From Dicyema japonicum (Eukaryota > Animalia > Dicyemida), in assembly GCA_011109175.1 (NCBI GenBank), contig RDEW01000054.1:61382-125381 (forward strand): 64,000 bases of DNA. Direction: 5' to 3'. Each line of letters opens with the position of its first letter. The first letter of the stretch is position 1. The position numbers and the translations under genes are program-made. This document shows, in pieces, positions 58,505-64,000 of the stretch. The notes below the pieces were generated by a model. It worked only from the letters and a program-made list of their open reading frames with translations, was not told the DNA's origin and did no database searches.

Positions 58505-60273
58505 ATGTCTTGTTTGTATTGTGATACTTTCGGTAATGATCCAAAATGTACTCATGACCAGTCAGAAGTTCTCACAAGAATAAAAAACGACTGGGAACTT
58601 CGTGAGGCAGTCCGAATAACCAAAAAATTGTACTTCTCCCAATAAACATAGATCTCTTAAAAAAGCCCTGGATAGATACTACGGCAACGATCCCCTCGCA
58701 ATCTGGCTTAGGTTATCGACATACTTATTATTAGTTACTTGGAAGAAGTTAAGGGTTTCCTCACTCCAAATGAGATCTTCGATGAGTTGAGAGATTGCGT
58801 AACAGACTTCATGCGCTATTCTGAGTGGGTGAGGGACACTATATTTATCGATTTATGCATTTCCTACGTTTCTTGTCATTTCTATTTTAGGCCACCAGAG
58901 AGAGACACTTGTTTGTACTTAACCGACTTGGTGTAGGCACGGACAGCGGTAAGTTTTATATTTGTTGGGCCCGATTGTGCGAGGCTGAGAAAAAGACTGA
59001 AATGGCGGAGATTGTTTTCAGACAGGGCTTGAATTCCATGAGTCAGTCAAAAAAGGAATTGAAGGACGAATTTAGCGAGTTCCTGGCTAGAAAAATGGCT
59101 CAGAATGTGCACACCAATACCGCAAAGCTACAATTTGACCTGAAATTGGCCAAGAAATTCAAGACCGATTGTTTTGAAGAATTGAATTACATAATGAACT
59201 TCAAATCTTCTGTCCCCCATAGAATAGGGCGCTTAAATCTGTTAAAATTCAGAAAAACTGTTTTGACGTCTTATTTTTGCGTGATAATATCTCAATTGAA
59301 GAGAACGCATCAATTCATCACATTGATCATAATTTTTATTATATTTTCGCGGTTTTCGTTTAAAGTTGAATTTCAGGTTACCAAAGGAATGCGGCCGGCG
59401 ACGTGGTGGCCTTTCAAAAACGGGGAATACCGGTTTGTGAAAACTATCATGTGTGATCCCCTTTTTTTCAAAGTGGAGTCTGCTAATGGTCACGTGGGTT
59501 CTGCTGTGGTGAGCTGTTGGTTGTATTGGCAGATTTTTTTTGAAAAGAGTTTGTTGAAGCAGTTCAGAATCACACAGAGAATAAAGGCTGAGTTGGGGGA
59601 GAATAACTTGTTTCAGAGCTTCCACAGTGTCTTCGCCTTGAAGAACGCTTATTTTCTGGTGGGGGATGACGTGAACTATTGGGGAAGACTGTCGGTTTTG
59701 TTTGTCTTCATTCCAGGACTTGGTGGTTAGACTGCAACTGGTTAATGAGCCCGCCATAAGCGTGTTTCTGGCTTCCCATCTGATCAGACTTATAGTGACA
59801 TTGCATTCAATTGGGGTTGTTCACGGAAATATCCACGTGGGATGTTTTTTGGTCTCTACCCTGTTAGGCTGATGTCTTATTAAAGGCCAGTGTCTGCTGA
59901 CGGTTTCAACTTTGACTCCCAAATACTGAAACTGTGTGACTTTAGAGGGGCTGTGGACGACGGAAATGGGGATTTTAAGGTAGATGGGTTGTCTTATTAT
60001 GGTGGACTACCGAAGAGTGATGACTGTGATTAGGTCTCTGTTCGGGGCTGAGGATGGAAGATTTGCAGAGTTGTTGCTATTTGGTAGTTTAGTGTGGGCT
60101 GGAATCTTGGGTGGATTGATGATATTTTTGAGGAAATGGAATGTGGGGTTCCGGATGTGGTTGAGAAGACCTTGAAAGTATGGGAACGCAATTTTATGGT
60201 TTTATTCAGTGGCAAATACCGTTGTTCCCTCTTGTCTGAGATTGGGAAGATTGTAATGACCATTAATAATTAA
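58505..60273 (+). CDS. BUB1: BUB1/Mad3-family checkpoint protein (TPR domain plus degenerate kinase domain)
   Basis: DWEL...YYGNDPLAIWL|SYLEE...DTIFIDLCISY|...LGVGTDSGKFYICWARLCE...AEIVFRQGL (Mad3/BUB1 TPR); FQSFHSVFALKNAYFLVGD..YWGRL, LHSIGVVHGN, LKLCDF and VDY..VMTVIRSLFG align with the BUB1 kinase; introns of 22-23 nt at 58630-58651, 58712-58734, 58868-58890, 59863-59885 and others. Some internal junctions and the 3' end are uncertain. Confidence 0.85.
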
Positions 60274-60469
60274 TTTTGTTGTTGTATTTGAGGTTATTGT
60301 TGTGAGGTTAATGATTAAGCAAGGATTAAATAGGTGCTGAATGTAAAATAAGGAAACATTTGTAATAATCCTATTTTATTTATGAATTGAATGTGGGTAG
60401 AGGAGAGAGGGAATAAGGACTGGCTGGAAGTTAACTTTTCTAAGAGGAGAATGGCTAACAGTTAGGATA

Positions 60470-61040
60470 TTTGAATCTAGTTAATAATACTGCACTTTAC
60501 GAAGGGACATNTGGAACCTGTAACTTTTCTCCAGACCATATTTGTCATATACGCCCTAATCTACTAATGAAACATTACGCTGCGATCAGCTTCAAGAAAT
60601 TCTCTAAACAACTGGATACCAAAGTACGTGGCCGCAAACCGAAAAATGAACCTTACCAAGAACTATTCTCAGACAAGCAGGTCTCAGAGGTAATCGCCGG
60701 ATTAAAGAACTCACGGGCCTGCGGCCCAGACAAAGTATCTTTAATCACCTAAAACACATAAGCAAATACGCAATTAGCTATCTAAGGAAATTTTTAACCT
60801 GTCCGTTAACTGGACCAAATATGGAAAATATCACTCCAATTCATAAAGCCGGAGAACCAAAAGGAGATCCCAGTTCATAAAACCAATCTCATTGCCTTCA
60901 CTATATCAAATGTGTTGGAAAAGTTGATCCTATCTGAAATTACTCTTCCTTAACTCAACCCAATTTCCAACACGGATTCCGTTCTGGAAGATCAACCACG
61001 ACTTTCTTATCAAGAAAAGGGGAGATTAAATATTATTACA
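60470..61040 (+). mobile_element. Decayed I/Jockey-group LINE RT fragment
   Basis: GLKNSRACGPDKV, IHKAGEPKGDPSS, QHGFRSGRSTT. Confidence 0.7.
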
Positions 61041-61149
61041 AGCTTCTCCAACACTTTAGAAAATGCTCAAGTTATGGAGACAGGCTTAAGGGCTTTTTTC
61101 CTTAGATTAATTAGTTATGACTAGGACAACCAGAAAATTTGCAATTTTT

Positions 61150-64000
61150 ATAATCGTCTAATTGCTCTGCCTGCAACATGAGCAATTTGAGAAAGTTTGG
61201 AATTTTTTGTTCTGCCTGTGGAGTCTTCTTTCACCTCGGGTGTTTGAAGCTCTCTCAGGCCTCTATCCGTGCTCTTGGGGTATGGCACTGCCGCTCGTGC
61301 CTTGGAATTGGTTCGGGGTTTCCTAATGGTCACGCGAGTTCATGTACCCCGGGGCAGACCTTTCCCATTTGGATCCAGATTCGCTGCTCAAAATTATCAA
61401 TGAACGCCGGTCATCGAGGAGTATCCCGGTGAAGATCCCTAAAGCAGCCCGCCCCCTAGCTGCCGAAGCATTAACCAAAGCAATCGACGATGCACTCCGC
61501 TCCGACTCTATAAACGACTGGATACGTTTGTTTAATTTTGCTCCTTTCGCTCTTGGCTCCTCTAGAGATCGCAATGGGAAGGAGTCTCTCTCGATTGAAA
61601 TGAAGAACAACATCCGCGCATTTATGGATGGAACTCACTTTACGGACCTCACGTCCTTCTGCATCCGTTCAACTGAGACTCGGAGTTCAACTCGGGAAAC
61701 GGAGATTCTTCGCCTAAGAAAGACCGTACGATCGAAGTTGCTTGAAAAAGGAACCCGATCCGCATTGAAGGCCCTCTCACTCTCAGATGGACCACGCAAT
61801 CCAACCATTGATACTTACAAGACGCTATTGGGGAAACATCCACCCTCTCCGAATGACCTACGCCATTGCTCGCCCCCATCAGAAGCGACCCCTTTGACCA
61901 CGTCTCCTGAGGATGTCATCACGGCGTTATGGAACTTTGCACCAAGTAGCTGTGGAGGTCTCGATGGCTTAAGGCCCGGCCATCTTAAAGACCTTATTTC
62001 ACCGACTATTGGAGACCAAGCAAGTCGTCTTTCATACTCACTCACTTCTCTTATGAACAGGATATTATCTGAACATTTGCCTGATTTGATACGTCATATC
62101 TTGTTTTCGGCTAGTCTGATTGCCGTCGACAAGAAGGGAGGTGGAATCCGCCCGATCGCGGTCGGATTCACTTTCAGAAGACTAGCAGCCAAGATTGCTT
62201 CCAGATTTTCTACGTCAATCTTGTCAAAATCCTTACTTCCCAGTCAAGTTGGAGTCGAAGTTCGTCTTGGATGTGAGGCAGCCGTTCACTCCGTCAGAAG
62301 ATTCAGGAACAGCTGCATTCAAGACTTTAAAAGGCACATTATGGTAAAACTGGACATCAAGAACGCTTTTAACAGCTTAAGAAGAGACTGCATTCTGGAG
62401 GCCTGCAAGGAAAGATGTCCGTACATATTTGAACTGGTCAATTGTTCATACGGAAAACCTTCACTATTGCACGGGGATTTCATAGTTCCATCGTCCTCAG
62501 GTGTTCAACAGGGCGACCCCCTCGGACCACTGCTGTTCTCCCTCGGCATTGAGAGGATCACGAAGCTCTCTAGATGCCCACTCAACATCTGGTACCTCGA
62601 TGACGCTGTCTTAGGAGGTCCCCCGGAAACGGTCTTCCAGGAATTAGAAGTACTCACCCCGCGCTGTTCGAGGTGGGTCTTCAGTTGAATATAACGAAAT
62701 GTGAAATAACAAACTGTGGTCTTGCTGACGATGACTTCTCTTCAATTGTTCAAAAATTTTACTCCTTGTTTCCCGGTGGGATTTCGACCCCTGAAAATGA
62801 ATTGATTTTTCTTGGATCCCCGATCACTAGTAATGCGATGAAGCATGTCCTCCTTGACAAAAAACGACTCCTATGCGATTCGCTGGAAAGATTACAGCTG
62901 CTGGACTTGCACACAGCACTATTCCTATTGAAAAGAAGTCTCAACATCCAGAGAATCTCCTATCTACTAAGGACAGCTCCATATTATTCTCAACTGGAGC
63001 TGCTCGAGAATTTTGATTTGTCTCTCCTCAGCTCGACGGAGCAAATATTTAATGTCCGATTCGACGATGATACATGGATGCAGGCTACACTCCCAGTTAG
63101 ATTCGGGGGTCTTGGAATCCGTCGAACTTTGGACGTCTCACTTCCCGCTCATTTATCATCACTCACGGCCTGCGAACCTTTGGTCAGGAGGATTCTACAC
63201 TCCCCACCCGAATTCTCAACTGACCAAGAGATAATCCACGCACGAGAAGCCTGGAATGCCACCAACCTCCCCCTGCCTCCTTCCCAAGATCGCCAGCGAA
63301 ACCTGGACAACTTATTATGCTGGAAATCATTTGGACTCCTACTGGAATCTGCCAATCAGCACCGACGCGCTTGTTTGCTTTCGGGGGCTTCCCCTGAGAG
63401 CGGAGCTTGGCTAAACGCCATCCCCAATGGAGCTTTGGGCACTTTTCTGGATGATGAATGCGTTAGAACTGGTATCTCTCTGCGGCTGGGACTAAAAGTA
63501 TGTGTACCTCACCCGTGCCGATGTGGCATCCTGATAGACTGCTATGGCCTGCACCCTCTCGCCTGCAGGAGGAGCGCTGGCAGATCCCCAAGGCACAAGG
63601 CTCTGAATGAAATTGTCAGACGAGCTATGGATGCTGCTGGATACTCGGCCATTCTTGAACCGGTCGGGTTATGCAGAAGTGACGGGAAACGACCGGACGG
63701 GATGACCATATTTCCATTTGAGGCCGGGAAACCACTGGTTTGGGATGTGACATGTACAGACACGTTCGTCCAGAAAAATCTTCACGAGAGTGCTACAAGG
63801 GCTTGTTCAGCATCCGTAAAGGCGGAGAAGGCCAAACTCGTTAAATACGTCGACCTTCCCGATGATGTCAAATTTGTTCCCCTTGCTATGGAGACTTCCG
63901 GATCCTACTCCCCCTCTACACTCGAGTTTTTCGGACGTCTTGGAAACCGGATCACCTCATGCACTGGAGATCTCCGTGAACGCCGCTGGCTATTTGAGCG
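61150..64000 (+). mobile_element. Near-intact CRE-clade LINE with N-terminal PHD finger (runs off the window end)
   Basis: PHD C4HC3 at 61163-61300; RT ORF 61342-62688 (KLDIKNAFNS, GVQQGDPLGP, WYLDD); open frame from about 62670 to 64000 with LPVRFGGLG, CRCG...HPLAC...RHKALN, DGKRPDG...WDVTCTDT...KY, PLAMETSG. Confidence 0.92.

Overview
AT-rich eukaryotic (animal-like) nuclear DNA from a fragmented assembly, with N-gaps at 41615-41843, 42184-42189 and 46580-46692 and single-N joins. Most of the window is nested, decayed transposons: I/Jockey-group APE-RT LINEs, R4-like and CRE-like restriction-endonuclease (REL) LINEs, RTE, Tc1, pogo and hAT. Small host genes sit between them (SMIM4/UQCC5-like, LAGE3/PCC1, WDR83, SNAP25-like, mS38/AURKAIP1-like, WIP-like, F-box, BUB1-like, tRNA-Gly). 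Almost all introns I could resolve are only 22-27 nt, which suggests a compact parasitic animal such as a myxozoan or dicyemid; this is inference and the taxon cannot be fixed from the sequence. About 27.6-37.2 kb is repeated in rearranged form at 37.2-49.4 kb. Best leads: a viral-type 2A (StopGo) peptide in front of a LINE endonuclease; an in-register CRE/R4 chimeric REL domain; a near-intact CRE element with an N-terminal PHD finger; tandem R4-like elements ending in TAAT repeats; a conserved G-I-T-stop LINE terminus; a ~200-nt dispersed hairpin-rich repeat; and a BUB1-like gene with no N-terminal KEN box and degenerate kinase motifs. All calls come from reading and translating by eye and from remembered family motifs; no searches were run.
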